Shown here: positions 18,001-35,534 of the stretch, in pieces | Layout: each line of letters begins with the position of its first letter | Position numbering within the stretch: position 1 is the stretch's first letter | From: Eledone cirrhosa | Taxonomy: Eukaryota | Assembly (NCBI GenBank): GCA_964016885.1 | Contig: OZ024740.1 | Coordinates: forward strand, 17,670,001 to 17,734,000 | Direction of reading: 5' to 3' | Length of the DNA stretch: 64,000 nucleotides | Position numbers and translations under genes: made by a program | Notes under the pieces: generated by a model | Told to the model about the DNA's origin: nothing | Database searches by the model: none | The model's input: only the letters and a program-made list of their open reading frames with translations

Positions 18001-21000
18001 CACCACCACCACTGTCATCACCAAACCTCAGTCACCACAACAATGACCACAACTGTCACCACCACCACCACCACCACCACTGTCATCACCAAACCTCAGT
18101 CACCTCAACAATGACCACAACTGTCACCACCACCACCACTGTCATCACCAAACCTCAGTCACCACAACAATGACCACAACTGTCACCACCACCACCACTG
18201 TCATCACCAAACCTCAGTCGCCACAACAATGACCACAACTGTCACCACCACCACCACTGTCATCACCAAACCTCAGTCACCACAACAATGACCACAACTG
18301 TCGCCACCACCACCACCACTGTCATCACCAAACCTCAGTCGCCACAACAATGACCACAACTGTCACCACCACCACCACTGTCATCACCAAACCTCAGTCA
18401 CCACAACAATGACCACAACTGTCGCCACCACCACCACCACTGTCATCACCAAACCTCAGTCACCACAACAATGACCACAACTGTCACCACCACCACCACC
18501 ACTGTCATCACCAAACCTCAGTCACCACAACAATGACCACAACTGTCACCACCACCACCACCACCACCACTGTCATCACCAACCCTCAGTCACCACAACA
18601 ATGACCACAACTGTCACCACCACGACCACCACTGTCATCACCAACCCTCAGTCACCACAACAATGACCACAACTGTCACCACCACCACCACTGTCATCAC
18701 CAAACCTCAGTCACCACAACAATGACCACAACTGTCGCCACCACCACCACCACTGTCATCACCAAACCTCAGTCACCACAACAATGACCACAACTGTCAC
18801 CACCACCACCACCACTGTCATCACCAACCCTCAGTCACCACAACAATGACCACAACTGTCGCCACCACCACCACCACCACTGTCATCACCAACCCTCAGT
18901 CACCACAACAATGACCACAACTGTCACCACCACCACCACCACTGTCATCACCAACCCTCAGTCGCCACAACAATGACCACAACTGTCGCCACCACCACCA
19001 CCACTGTCATCACCAACCCTCAGTCACCACAACAATGACCACAACTGTCACCACCACCACCACCACTGTCATCACCAACCCTCAGTCGCCACAACAATGA
19101 CCACAACTGTCGCCTCCACCACCACCACTGTCATCACCAAACCTCAGTCACCACAACAATGACCACAACTGTCGCCACCACCACCACCACTGTCATCACC
19201 AAACCTCAGTCACCTCAACAATGACCACAACTGTCACCACCACCACCACCACTGTCATCACCAACCCTCAGTCACCACAACAATGACCACAACTGTCACC
19301 ACCACCACCACCACCACCACCACTGTCATCACCAAACCTCAGTCCCCACAACAATGACCACAACTGTCACCACCACCACCACTGTCATCACCAACCCTCA
19401 GTCACCACAACAATGACCACAACTGTCACCACCACCACCACTACTGTCATCACCAAACCTCAGTCACCACAACAATGACCACAACTGTCACCACCACCAC
19501 CACCACCACTACTGTCATCACCAAACCTCAGTCACCACAACAATGACCACAACTGTCACCACCACCACCACTGTCATCACCAAACCTCAGTCACCACAAC
19601 AATGACCACAACTGTCACCAGCACCACCACCACCACCACTGTCATCACCAAACCTCAGTCACCACAACAATGACCACAACTGTCACCACCACCACCACTA
19701 CTGTCATCACCAAACCTCAGTTACCACAACAATGACCACAACTGTCACCACCACCACCACCACCACTGTCATCACCAACCCTCAGTCACCACAACAATGA
19801 CCACAACTGTCACCACCACCACCACCACTACTGTCATCACCAAACCTCAGTGACCACAACAATGACCACAACTGTCACCACCACCACCACCACTGTCATC
19901 ACCAACCCTCAGTCACCACAACAATGACCACAACTGTCACCACCACCACCACCACCACCACTGTCATCACCAACCGTCAGTCACCACAACAATGACCACA
20001 GCTGTCACCACCACCACCACTACTGTCATCACCAAACCTCAGTCACCACAACAATGACCACAACTGTCACCACCACCACCACTGTCATCACCAAACCTCA
20101 GTCCCCACAACAATGACCACAACTGTCACCACCACCACCACTGTCATCACCAAACCTCAGTCACCACAACATTGACCACAACTGTCGCCACCACCAGCAC
20201 TGTCATCACCAAACCTCAGTCACCACAACAATGACCACAACTGTCACCACCACCACCACCACTGTCATCACCAAAACTCAGTCGCCACAACAATGACCAC
20301 AACTGTCACCACCACCACCACTGTCATCACCAAACCTCAGTCACCACAACAATGACCACAACTGTCACCACCACCACCACCACCACTGTCATCACCAAAC
20401 CTCAGTCACCTCAACAATGACCACAACTGTCACCACCACCACCACTGTCATCACCAAACCTCAGTCACCACAACAATGACCACAACTGTCACCACCACCA
20501 CCACTGTCATCACCAAACCTCAGTCGCCACAACAATGACCACAACTGTCACCACCACCACCACTGTCATCACCAAACCTCAGTCACCACAACAATGACCA
20601 CAACTGTCGCCACCACCACCACCACTGTCATCACCAAACCTCAGTCGCCACAACAATGACCACAACTGTCACCACCACCACCACTGTCATCACTAAACCT
20701 CAGTCACCACAACAATGACCACAACTGTCGCCACCACCACCACCACTGTCATCACCAAACCTCAGTCACCTCAACAATGACCACAACTGTCACCACCACC
20801 ACCACCACTGTCATCACCAACCCTCAGTCACCACAACAATGACCACAACTGTCACCACCACCACCACCACCACTGTCATCACCAAACCTCAGTCCCCACA
20901 ACAATGACCACAACTGTCACCACCACCACCACCACCACTGTCATCACCAACCCTCAGTCACCACAACAATGACCACAACTGTCACCACCACCACCACTAC

Positions 21001-24000
21001 TGTCATCACCAAACCTCAGTCACCACAACAATGACCACAACTGTCACCACCACCACCACCACCACTACTGTCATCACCAAACCTCAGTCACCACAACAAT
21101 GACCACAACTGTCACCACCACCACCACTACAGTCATCACCAAACCTCAGTCACCACAACAATGACCACAACTGTCACCACCACCACCACCACCACTACTG
21201 TCATCACCAAACCTCAGTCACCACAACAATGACCACAACTGTCACCACCACCACCACCACTGTCATCACCAAACCTCAGTCACCACAACTGTCACCACCA
21301 CCACCACTGTCATCACCAAACCTCAGTCACCACAACAATGACCACAACTGTCACCACCACCACCACCACCACTGTCATCACCAAACCTCAGTCGCCACAA
21401 CAATGACCACAACTGTCACCACCACCACCACTGTCATCACCAAACCTCAGTCACCACAACAATGACCACAACTGTCACCACCACCACCACCACTGTCATC
21501 ACCAAACCTCAGTCGCCACAACAATGACCACAACTGTCACCACCACCACCACCACTGTCATCACCAAACCTCAGTCACCTCAACAATGACCACAACTGTC
21601 ACCACCACCACCACCACCACTACTGTCATCACCAAACCTCAGTCACCACAACAATGACCACAACTGTCACCACCACCACCACCACCACCACTGTCGTCAC
21701 CAAACCTCAGTCCCCACAACAATGACCACAACTGTCACCACCACCACCACTGTCATCACCAAACCTCAGTCACCACAACAATGACCACAACTGTCGCCAC
21801 CACCAGCACTGTCATCACCAAACCTCAGTCACCACAACAATGACCACAACTGTCACCACCACCACCACCACTGTCATCACCAAACCTCAGTCGCCACAAC
21901 AATGACCACAACTGTCACCACCGCCACCACTGTCATCACCAAACCTCAGTCACCACAACAATGACCACAACTGTCACCACCACCACCACCACCACTGTCA
22001 TCACCAAACCTCAGTCACCTCAACAATGACCACAACTGTCACCACCACCACCACTGTCATCACCAAACCTCAGTCACCACAACAATGACCACAACTGTCA
22101 CCACCACCACCACTGTCATCACCAAACCTCAGTCGCCACAACAATGACCACAACTGTCACCACCACCACCACTGTCATCACCAAACCTCAGTCACCACAA
22201 CAATGACCACAACTGTCACCACCACCACCACCACTGTCATCACCAAACCTCAGTCACCACAACAATGACCACAACTGTCACCACCACCACCACCACCACC
22301 ACCACTGTCATCACCAACCCTCAGTCACCACAACAATGACCACAACTGTCACCACCACCACCACCACTGTCATCACCAACCCTCAGTCACCACAACAATG
22401 ACCACAACTGTCACCACCACCACCACTGTCATCACCAAACCTCAGTCACCACAACAATGACCACAACTGTCGCCACCACCACCACCACTGTCATCACCAA
22501 ACCTCAGTCACCACAACAATGACCACAACTGTCACCACCACCACCACCACTGTCATCACCAACCCTCAGTCACCACAACAATGACGACAAATGTCGCCAC
22601 CACCACCACCACCACTGTCATCACCAACCCTCAGTCACCACAACTGTCACCACCACCACCACCACTGTCATCACCAACCCTCAGTCGCCACAACAATGAC
22701 CACAACTGTCGCCACCACCACCACCACTGTCATCACCAAACCTCAGTCACCTCAACAATGACCACAACTGTCACCACCACCACCACCACCACTGTCATCA
22801 CCAACCCTCAGTCGCCACAACAATGACCTCAACTGTCGCCACCACCACCACCACTGTCATCACCAACCCTCAGTCGCCACAACAATGACCACAACTGTCG
22901 CCTCCACCACCACCACTGTCATCACCAAACCTCAGTCACCACAACAATGACCACAACTGTCGCCACCACCACCACCACTGTCATCACCAAACCTCAGTCA
23001 CCACAACAATGACCACAACTGTCGCCACCACCACCACCACTGTCATCACCAAACCTCAGTCACCTCAACAATGACCACAACTGTCACCACCACCACCACC
23101 ACTGTCATCACCAACCCTCAGTCACCACAACAATGACCACAACTGTCACCACCACCACCACCACCACTGTCATCACCAAACCTCAGTCCCCACAACAATG
23201 ACCACAACTGTCACCACCACCACCACCACCACTACTGTCATCACCAAACCTCAGTCACCACAACAATGACCACAACTGTCACCACCACCACCACCACTGT
23301 CATCACCAAACCTCAGTCCCCACAACAATGACCACAACTGTCACCACCACCACCACCACTGTCATCACCAAACCTCAGTCCCCACAACAATGACCACAAC
23401 TGTCACCACCACCACCACTGTCGTCACCAAACCTCAGTCACCACAACAATGACCACAACTGTCGCCACCACCAGCACTGTCATCACCAAACCTCAGTCAC
23501 CACAACAATGACCACAACTGTCACCACCACCACCACCACTGTCATCACCAAACCTCAGTCGCCACAACAATGACCACAACTGTCACCACCACCACCACTG
23601 TCATCACCAAACCTCAGTCACCACAACAATGACCACAACTGTCACCACCACCACCACCACCACTGTCATCACCAAACCTCAGTCACCTCAACAATGACCA
23701 CAACTGTCACCACCACCACCACTGTCATCACCAAACCTCAGTCACCACAACAATGACCACAACTGTCACCACCACCACCACTGTCATCACCAAACCTCAG
23801 TCGCCACAACAATGACCACAACTGTCACCACCACCACCACTGTCATCACCAAACCTCAGTCACCACAACAATGACCACAACTGTCGCCACCACCACCACC
23901 ACTGTCATCACCAAACCTCAGTCGCCACAACAATGACCACAACTGTCACCACCACCACCACTGTCATCACCAAACCTCAGTCACCACAACTGTCGCCACC

Positions 24001-27000
24001 ACCACCACCACTGTCATCACCAAACCTCAGTCACCACAACAATGACCACAACTGTCACCACCACCACCACCACTGTCATCACCAAACCTCAGTCACCACA
24101 ACAATGACCACAACTGTCACCACCACCACCACCACCACCACTGTCATCACCAACCCTCAGTCACCACAACAATGACCACAACTTTCACCACCACCACCAC
24201 CACTGTCATCACCAACCCTCAGTCACCACAACAATGACCACAACTGTCACCACCACCACCACTGTCATCACCAAACCTCAGTCACCACAACAATGACCAC
24301 AACTGTCGCCACCACCACCACCACTGTCATCACCAAACCTCAGTCACCACAACAATGACCACAACTGTCACCACCACCACCACCACTGTCATCACCAACC
24401 CTCAGTCACCACAACAATGACCACAACTGTCGCCACCACCACCACCACCACTGTCATCACCAACCCTCAGTCACCACAACAATGACCACAACTGTCACCA
24501 CCACCACCACTGTCATCACCAACCCTCAGTCGCCACAACAATGACCACAACTGTCGCCACCACCACCACCACTGTCATCACCAACCCTCAGTCACCACAA
24601 CAATGACCACAACTGTCACCACCACCACCACCACTGTCATCACCAACCCTCAGTCGCCACAACAATGACCACAACTGTCGCCTCCACCACCACCACTGTC
24701 ATCACCAAACCTCAGTCACCACAACAATGACCACAACTGTCGACACCACCACCACCACTGTCACCACCAAACCTCAGTCACCACAACAATGACCACAACT
24801 GTCGCCACCACCACCACCACTGTCATCACCAAACCTCAGTCACCACAACAATGACCACAACTGTCACCACCACCACCACCACTGTCATCACCAACCCTCA
24901 GTCACCACAACAATGACCACAACTGTCACCACCACCACCACCACCACCACTGTCATCACCAAACCTCAGTCCCCACAACAATGACCACAACTGTCACCAC
25001 CACCACCACCACCACCACCACCACCACTGTCATCACCAACCCTCAGTCACCACAACAATGACCACAACTGTCACCACCACCACCACTACTGTCATCACCA
25101 AACCTCAGTCACCACAACAATGACCACAACTGTCACCACCACCACCACCACCACTACTGTCATCACCAAACCTCAGTCACCACAACAATGACCACAACTG
25201 TCGCCACCACCACCACCACCACTGTCATCACCAAACCTCAGTCACCACAACAATGACCACAACTGTCACCACCACCACCACTACTGTCATCACCAAACCT
25301 CAGTTACCACAACAATGACCACAACTGTCACCACCACCACCACCACCACTGTCATCACCAACCCTCAGTCACCACAACAATGACCACAACTGTCACCACC
25401 ACCACCACCACTACTGTCATCACCAAACCTCAGTCACCACAACAATGACCACAACTGTCACCACCACCACCACCACTGTCATCACCAACCCTCAGTCACC
25501 ACAACAATGACCACAACTGTCACCACCACCACCACCACCACCACTGTCATCACCAACCGTCAGTCACCACAACAATGACCACAGCTGTCACCACCACCAC
25601 CACTACTGTCATCACCAAACCTCAGTCACCACAACAATGACCACCACTGTCATCACCAAACCTCAGTCCCCACAACAATGACCACAACTGTCACCACCAC
25701 CACCACTGTCATCACCAAACCTCAGTCACCACAACATTGACCACAACTGTCGCCACCACCAGCACTGTCATCACCAAACCTCAGTCACCACAACAATGAC
25801 CACAACTGTCACCACCACCACCACCACTGTCATCACCAAACCTCAGTCGCCACAACAATGACCACAACTGTCACCACCACCACCACTGTCATCACCAAAC
25901 CTCAGTCACCACAACAATGACCACAACTGTCACCACCACCACCACCACCACCACTGTCATCACCAAACCTCAGTCACCTCAACAATGACCACAACTGTCA
26001 CCACCACCACCACTGTCATCACCAAACCTCAGTCACCACAACAATGACCACAACTGTCACCACCACCACCACTGTCATCACCAAACCTCAGTCGCCACAA
26101 CAATGACCACAACTGTCACCACCACCACCACTGTCATCACCAAACCTCAGTCACCACAACAATGACCACAACTGTCGCCACCACCACCACCACTGTCATC
26201 ACCAAACCTCAGTCGCCACAACAATGACCACAACTGTCACCACCACCACCACTGTCATCACCAAACCTCAGTCACCACAACAATGACCACAACTGTCGCC
26301 ACCACCACCACCACTGTCATCACCAAACCTCAGTCACCTCAACAATGACCACAACTGTCACCACCACCACCACCACTGTCATCACCAACCCTCAGTCACC
26401 ACAACAATGACCACAACTGTCACCACCACCACCACCACCACTGTCATCACCAAACCTCAGTCCCCACAACAATGACCACAACTGTCACCACCACCACCAC
26501 TGTCATCACCAACCCTCAGTCACCACAACAATGACCACAACTGTCACCACCACCACCACCACCACTACTGTCATCACCAAACCTCAGTCACCACAACAAT
26601 GACCACAACTGTCACCACCACCACCACCACCACTACTGTCATCACCAAACCTCAGTCACCACAACAATGACCACAACTGTCACCACCACCACCACTACTG
26701 TCATCACCAAACCTCAGTCACCACAACAATGACCACAACTGTCACCACCACCACCACCACCACTACTGTCATCACCAAACCTCAGTCACCACAACAATGA
26801 CCACAACTGTCACCACCACCACCACCACTGTCATCACCAAACCTCAGTCACCACAACTGTCACCACCACCACCACTGTCATCACCAAACCTCAGTCACCA
26901 CAACAATGACCACAACTGTCACCACCACCACCACCACCACTGTCATCACCAAACCTCAGTCGCCACAACAATGACCACAACTGTCACCACCACCACCACT

Positions 27001-30000
27001 GTCATCACCAAACCTCAGTCACCACAACAATGACCACAACTGTCACCACCACCACCACCACTGTCATCACCAAACCTCAGTCGCCACAACAATGACCACA
27101 ACTGTCACCACCACCACCACCACTGTCATCACCAAACCTCAGTCACCTCAACAATGACCACAACTGTCACCACCACCACCACCACCACTACTGTCATCAC
27201 CAAACCTCAGTCACCACAACAATGACCACAACTGTCACCACCACCACCACTGTCATCACCAAACCTCAGTCACCACAACAATGACCACAACTGTCACCAC
27301 CACCACCACTGTCATCACCAAACCTCAGTCACCACAACAATGACCACAACTGTCACCACCACCACCACCACTGTCATCACCAAACCTCAGTCACCACAAC
27401 AATGACCACAACTGTTACCACCACCACCACCACCACCACTGTCATCACCAAACCTCAGTCACCACAACAATGACCACAACTGTCACCACCACCACCACCA
27501 CCACCACTGTCATCACCAAACCTCAGTCACCACAACAATGACCACAACTGTCACCACCACCACCACTGTCATCACCAAACCTCAGTCACCACAACAATGA
27601 CCACAACTGTCACCACCACCACCACCACCACCACTGTCATCACCAAACCTCAGTCACCACAACAATGACCACAACTGTCACCACCACCACCACCACCACC
27701 ACTGTTATCACCAAACCTCAGTCACCACAACAATGACAACAACTGTCACCACCACCACCACCACCACCACTGTCATCACCAAACCTCAGTCACCACAACA
27801 ATGACCACAACTGTCACCACCACCACCACCACCACTACTGTCATCACCAAACCTCAGTCACCACAACAATGACCACAACTGTCACCACCACCACCACTGT
27901 CATCACCAAACCTCAGTCACCACAACAATGACCACAACTGTCACCACCACCACCACCACCACCACTGTTATCACCAAACCTCAGTCACCACAACAATGAC
28001 AACAACTGTCACCACCACCACCACCACCACCACTGTCATCACCAAACCTCAGTCACCACAACAATGACCACAACTGTCACCACCACCACCACCACCACTA
28101 CTGTCATCACCAAACCTCAGTCACCACAACAATGACCACAACTGTCACCACCACCACCACTGTCATCACCAAACCTCAGTCACCACAACAATGACCACAA
28201 CTGTCACCACCACCACCACCACCACCACCACTGTTATCACCAAACCTCAGTCACCACAACAATGACAACAACTGTCACCACCACCACCACCACCACCACT
28301 GTCATCACCAAACCTCAGTCACCACAACAATGACCACAACTGTCACCACCACCACCACCACCACTACTGTCATCACCAAACCTCAGTCACCACAACAATG
28401 ACCACAACTGTCACCACCACCACCACTGTCATCACCAAACCTCAGTCACCACAACAATGACCACAACTGTCACCACCACCACCACCACCACCACCACTGT
28501 CATCACCAAACCTCAGTCACCACAACAATGACCACAACTGTCACCACCACCACCACCACCACCACTGTCATCACCAAACCTCAGTCACCACAACAATGAC
28601 CACAACTGTCACCACCACCACCACGACCACCACTGTCATCACCAAACCTCAGTCACCACAACAATGACCACAACTGTCACCACCACCACCACTGTCATCA
28701 CCAAACCTCAGTCACCACAACAATGACCACAACTGTCACCACCACCACCACCACCACTATTGTTATCACCAAACCTCAGTCACCACAACAATGACCACAA
28801 CTGTCATCACCAAACCTCAGTCACCACAACAATGACCACAACTGTCACCACCACCACCACCACCACTGTCATCACCAAACCTCAGTCACCACAACAATGA
28901 CCACAACTGTCACCACCACCACCACCACCACCACTGTCATCACCAAACCTCAGTCACCACAACAATGACCACAACTGTCACCACCACCACCACTGTCATC
29001 ACCAAACCTCAGTCACCACAACAATGACCACAACTGTCACCACCACCACCACCACCACCACTGTCATCACCAAACCTCAGTCACCACAACAATGACCACA
29101 ACTGTCACCACCACCACCACCACCACTACTGTCATCACCAAACCTCAGTCACCACAACAATGACCACAACTGTCACCACCACCACCACCACTGTCATCAC
29201 CAAACCTCAGTCACCACAACAACGACCACAACTGTCACCACCACCACCACCAGCACCACTGTCATCACCAAACCTCAGTCACCACAACAATGACCACAAC
29301 TGTCACCACCACCACCACCACTGTCATCACCAAACCTCAGTCACCACAACAATGACCACAACTGTCACCACCACCACCACCACTGTCATCACCAAACCTC
29401 AGTCACCACAACAATGACCACAACTGTCACCACCACCACCACTGTCATCACCAAACCTCAGTCACCACAACAATGACCACAACTGTCACCACCACCACCA
29501 CTGTCATCACCAAAACTCAGTCACCACAACAATGACCACAACTGTCACCACCACCACCACCACTCATCACCAAACCTCAGTCACCACAACAATGACCACA
29601 ACTGTCACCACCACCACCACCACCACTACTGTCATCACCAACCCTCAGTCACCACAACAATGACCACAACTGTCACCACCACCACTACTGTCATCACCAA
29701 ACCTCAGTCACCACAACAATGACCACAACTGTCACCACCACCACCACCACTGTCATCACCAACCCTCAGTCACCACAACAATGACCACAACTGTCACCAC
29801 CACCACCACCACTACTGTCATCACCAAACCTCAGTCACCACCACCACCACCACTGTCATCACCAACCCTCAGTCACCACAACAATGACCACAACTGTCAC
29901 CACCACCACCACCACCACTACTGTCATCACCAAACCTCAGTCACCACAACAATGACCACAACTGTCACCACCACCACCACCACTGTCATCACCAACCCTC

Positions 30001-33000
30001 AGTCACCACAACAATGACCACAACTGTCACCACCACCACCACCACTACTGTCATCACCAAACCTCAGTCACCACCACCACCACCACTGTCATCACCAAAC
30101 CTCAGTCACCACAACAATGACCACAACTGTCACCACCACCACCACCACCACCACTCATCACCAAACCTCAGTCACCACAACAATGACCACAACTGTCACC
30201 ACCACCACCACCACCACTACTGTCATCACCAACCCTCAGTCACCACAACAATGACCACAACTGTCACCACCACCACTACTGTCATCACCAAACCTCAGTC
30301 ACCACAACAATGACCACAACTGTCACCACCACCACCACCACTGTCATCACCAACCCTCAGTCACCACAACAATGACCACAACTGTCACCACCACCACCAC
30401 CACTACTGTCATCACCAAACCTCAGTCACCACCACCACCACCACTGTCATCACCAACCCTCAGTCACCACAACAATGACCACAACTGTCACCACCACCAC
30501 CACCACCACTACTGTCATCACCAAACCTCAGTCACCACAACAATGACCACAACTGTCACCACCACCACCACCACTGTCATCACCAACCCTCAGTCACCAC
30601 AACAATGACCACAACTGTCACCACCACCACCACCACTACTGTCATCACCAAACCTCAGTCACCACAACTGTCACCACCACCACCACTGTCATCACCAAAC
30701 CTCAGTCACCACAACAATGACCACAACTGTCACCACCACCACCAACCCTCAGTCACCACAACTGTCACCACCACCACCACCACCACTGTCATCACCAAAC
30801 CTCAGTCACCACAACAATGACCACAACTGTCACCACCACCACCACCACTACTGTCATCACCAAACCTCAGTCACCACAACAATGACCACAACTGTCACCA
30901 CCACCACCACTACTGTCATCACCAAACCTCAGTCACCACAACAATGACCACAACTGTCACCACCACCACCACCACTACTGTCATCACCAAACCTCAGTCA
31001 CCACAACAATGACCACAACTGTCACCACCACCACCACCACTACTGTCATCACCAACCCTCAGTCACCACAACTGTCCACCACCACCACCACCACACCACT
31101 GTCATCACCAAACCTCAGTCACCACAACAATGAACACAACTGTCACCACCACCACCACCACCACCACTGTCATCACCAACCCTCAGTCGCCACAACAATG
31201 ACCACAACTGTCACCACCACCACCACTACTGTCATCACCAAACCTCAGTCACCACAACAATGACCACAACTGTCAACACCACCACCACTGTCATCACCAA
31301 ACCTCAGTCACCACAACAATGACCACAACTGTCACCACCCACCACCACTACTGTCATCACCAAACCTCAGTCACCACAACAATGACCACAACTGTCAACA
31401 CCACCACCACTGTCATCACCAAACCTCAGTCACCACAACAATGACCACAACTGTCACCACCACCACCACCACTACTGTCATCACCAACCCTCAGTCACCA
31501 CAACTGTCACCACCACCACCACCACCACTGTCATCACCAAACCTCAGTCACCACAACAATGACCACAACTGTCACCACCACCACCACCACCACCACTGTC
31601 ATCACCAACCCTCAGTCACCACAACAATGACCACAACTGTCAACACCACCACCACTGTCATCACCAAACCTCAGTCACCACAACAATGACCACAACTGTC
31701 ACCACCACCACCACCACTACTGTCATCACCAACCCTCAGTCACCACAACTGTCACCACCCACTGTCATCACCAAACCTCAGTCACCACAACAATGACCAC
31801 AACTGTCACCACCACCACCACCACTACTGTCATCACCAAACCTCAGTCACCACAACAATGACCACAACTGTCACCACCACCACCACTGTCATCACCAACC
31901 CTCAGTCACCACAACAATGACCACAACTGTCACCACCACCACCACCACCACTGTCATCACCAACCCTCAGTCACCACAACAATGACCACAACTGTCAACA
32001 CCACCACCACTGTCATCACCAAACCTCAGTCACCACAACAATGACCACAACTGTCACCACCACCACCACCACCACCACTGTCATCACCAAACCTCAGTCA
32101 CCACAACAATGACCACAACTGTCACCACCACCACCACCACTACTGTCATCACCAAACCTCAGTCACCACAACTGTCACCACCACCACCACCCACCCACTG
32201 TCATCACCAAACCTCAGTCACCACAACAATGACCACAACTGTCACCACCACCACCACCACCACTGTCATCACCAAACCTCAGTCACCACAACAATGACCA
32301 CAACTGTCACCACCACCACCACCACTACTGTCATCACCAAACCTCAGTCACCACAACTGTCACCACCACCACCACCACCACTGTCATCACCAAACCTCAG
32401 TCACCACAACAATGACCACAACTGTCACCACCACCACCACCACTACTGTCATCACCAAACCTCAGTCACCACAACTGTCACCACCACCACCACCACCACT
32501 GTCATCACCAAACCTCAGTCACCACAACAATGACCACAACTGTCACCACCACCACCACCACCACTGTCATCACCAAACCTCAGTCACCACAACAATGACC
32601 ACAACTGTCATCACCAAACCTCAGTCACCACAACAATGACCACAACTGTCACCACCACCACCACCACTACTGTCATCACCAAACCTCAGTCACCACAACA
32701 ATGACCACAACTGTCACCACCACCACCACCACCACTGTCATCACCAAACCTCAGTCACCACAACAATGACCACAACTGTCAACACCACCACCACTGTCAT
32801 CACCAAACCTCAGTCACCACAACAATGACCACAACTGTCACCACCACCACCACCACCACTGTCATCACCAACCCTCAGTCACCACAACAATGACCACAAC
32901 TGTCATCACCAAACCTCAGTCACCACAACAATGACCACAACTGTCACCACCACCACCACCACTACTGTCATCACCAAACCTCAGTCACCACAACAATGAC

Positions 33001-34372
33001 CACAACTGTCACCACCACCACCACCACCACTGTCATCACCAACCCTCAGTCACCACAACAATGACCACAACTGTCACCACCACCACCACCACTACTGTCA
33101 TCACCAAACCTCAGTCACCACAACAATGACCACAACTGTCACCCACCACCACCACCACCACTGTCATCACCAAACCTCAGTCACCACAACAATGACCACA
33201 ACTGTCAACACCACCACCACTGTCATCACCAAACTCAGTCACCACAACAATGACCACAACTGTCACCACCACACCACCCACTACTGTCATCACCAAACCT
33301 CAGTCACCACAACAATGACCACAACTGTCAACACCACCACCACTGTCATCACCAAACCTCAGTCACCACAACAATGACCACAACTGTCACCACCACCACC
33401 ACCACTACTGTCATCACCAAACCTCAGTCACCACAACAATGACCACAACTGTCACCACCACCACCACCACCACTGTCATCACCAAACCTCAGTCACCACA
33501 ACAATGACCACAACTGTCAACACCACCACCACTGTCATCACCAAACCTCAGTCACCACAACAATGACCACAACTGTCACCACCACCACCACTACTGTCAT
33601 CACCAAACCTCAGTCACCACAACAATGACCACAACTGTCACCACCACCACCACTACTGTCATCACCAAACCTCAGTCACCACAACAATGACCACAACTGT
33701 CAACACCACCACCACTGTCATCACCAAACCTCAGTCACCACAACAATGACCACAACTGTCACCACCACCACCACTACTGTCATCACCAAACCTCAGTCAC
33801 CACAACAATGACCACAACTGTCACCACCACCACCACTACTGTCATCACCAAACCTCAGTCACCACAACAATGACCACAACTGTCACCACCACCACCACCA
33901 CCACTGTCATCACCAAACCTCAGTCACCACAACAATGACCACAACTGTCAACACCACCACCACTGTCATCACCAAACCTCAGTCACCACAACAATGACCA
34001 CAACTGTCACCACCACCACCACCACTGTCATCACCAAACCTCAGTCACCACAACAATGACCACAACTGTCACCACCACCACCACTACTGTCATCACCAAA
34101 CCTCAGTCACCACAACAATGACCACAACTGTCAACACCACCACCACTGTCATCACCAAACCTCAGTCACCACAACAATGACCACAACTGTCACCACCACC
34201 ACCACCACTACTGTCATCACCAAACCTCAGTCACCACAACAATGACCACAACTGTCACCACCACCACCACCGTTATCATGACCACATCCTAGTCACCACA
34301 ATGACCACCACCACCACAACTACATCCCAGTCACCACACCAACTATGACCACTACCACTACTACCACCATTA
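1..34372. repeat. Satellite array, unit CTGTCATCACCAAACCTCAGTCACCACAACAATGACCACAACTGTCA+(CCA)n, mostly 59-68 bp; runs off the left edge of the window
   Basis: Continuous tandem copies from base 1. Common variants are AAACC/AACCC, GTCACC/GTCGCC, CCACTA and a 12-bp deletion. The array decays at ~34270-34372. Confidence 0.98.
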
Positions 34373-34604
34373 CCCTCTCTTTACTGTGATTAGTTTTTAC
34401 AGTAAAAACAACACTCAGTAATCCTGTTAACTAGACCTACCCCTCCTCCTCCTCCTGTAATAACAACAACAGATATCTATGGCATCTACAAAGTTTCCAT
34501 CATTAAACAGATTAACAGCTACTTGAAAATCAATATTTAGAAATATATAGGAGGGATTAGATTCGGTAGAGGTATTAACAAATTTGGTGTATAGCCTCAT
34601 AATC

Positions 34605-34785
<181 letters not shown>

Positions 34786-34795
<10 letters not shown>

Positions 34796-35534
34796 AGTGT
34801 ATATATTTATCTAATGGTTCTTTGTACTTACATTTTTATATATAGCTCTGGTTAATAATTATTTAATTAATTCTTCATAGAGCCACACCATGAATGGTTG
34901 CCAAACTCATATATGTATCTGTGACTTTGTCTACTTTTATATATATACCCTTTGAATTTAATATATACTCCCGTAAGGTTGAGTAAAACTTTAGGCAGTA
35001 TTTGGGCTGCGCTTTCTAGCAACTAACCTGCTCACCGACAGGCACCAATCACAAACTTTCTGCCTTGACCGCTAGCCACGTGATAGCTCTTAGCCATTTC
35101 GAATTCATTTCTGGCGGGGCTCATGGTAGAAGAAACTTAGTCCAGTCTGGGGTATCTCCTGATGAGTTCCAAGCTTCATGGATTTATCCAAGACCGGGTA
35201 TATCCAAAAAGAGGAATGAAACCCACCGGTTGGTAGAGACTAGGAGAATTTTGGTAAAATTTATGTGCATTTTTCCTTCAAACTTGTATTTTGTAGCTAA
35301 TTCCGTGTAGTTAACTATTTGTCTGGTCAATTTCTACAGGCTAAAAGAAATAATTAGATAGTGTCATATGGCTGTACATCGCGGAAAATAATCTGTATTA
35401 TTTGTCTATTATTTCTTCATAAGTACATTGTAAACTTATAGCCTCGTTTAAATGATTTTTTTATGTGGTTGATTTATACTGATTAGGAGAGGAAATACTG
35501 TATATATTTTATCTAATGGTTCTTTGGACTTACA

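Noticed and set aside
283-33377. Thr/Pro/His-rich ORFs resembling mucin or His-rich proteins
   Set aside because: They are translations of the satellite. Unit length is 2 mod 3 with a TGA in most units, so ORFs appear only where that stop is deleted or mutated.
1-34372. CRISPR-like repeat-spacer appearance
   Set aside because: The variable part is only (CCA)n; there are no unique spacers or cas genes, and the context is eukaryotic.
35065-35310. 81-aa ORF over the hammerhead
   Set aside because: TTG start and no recognisable motif; the RNA fold explains the region better.
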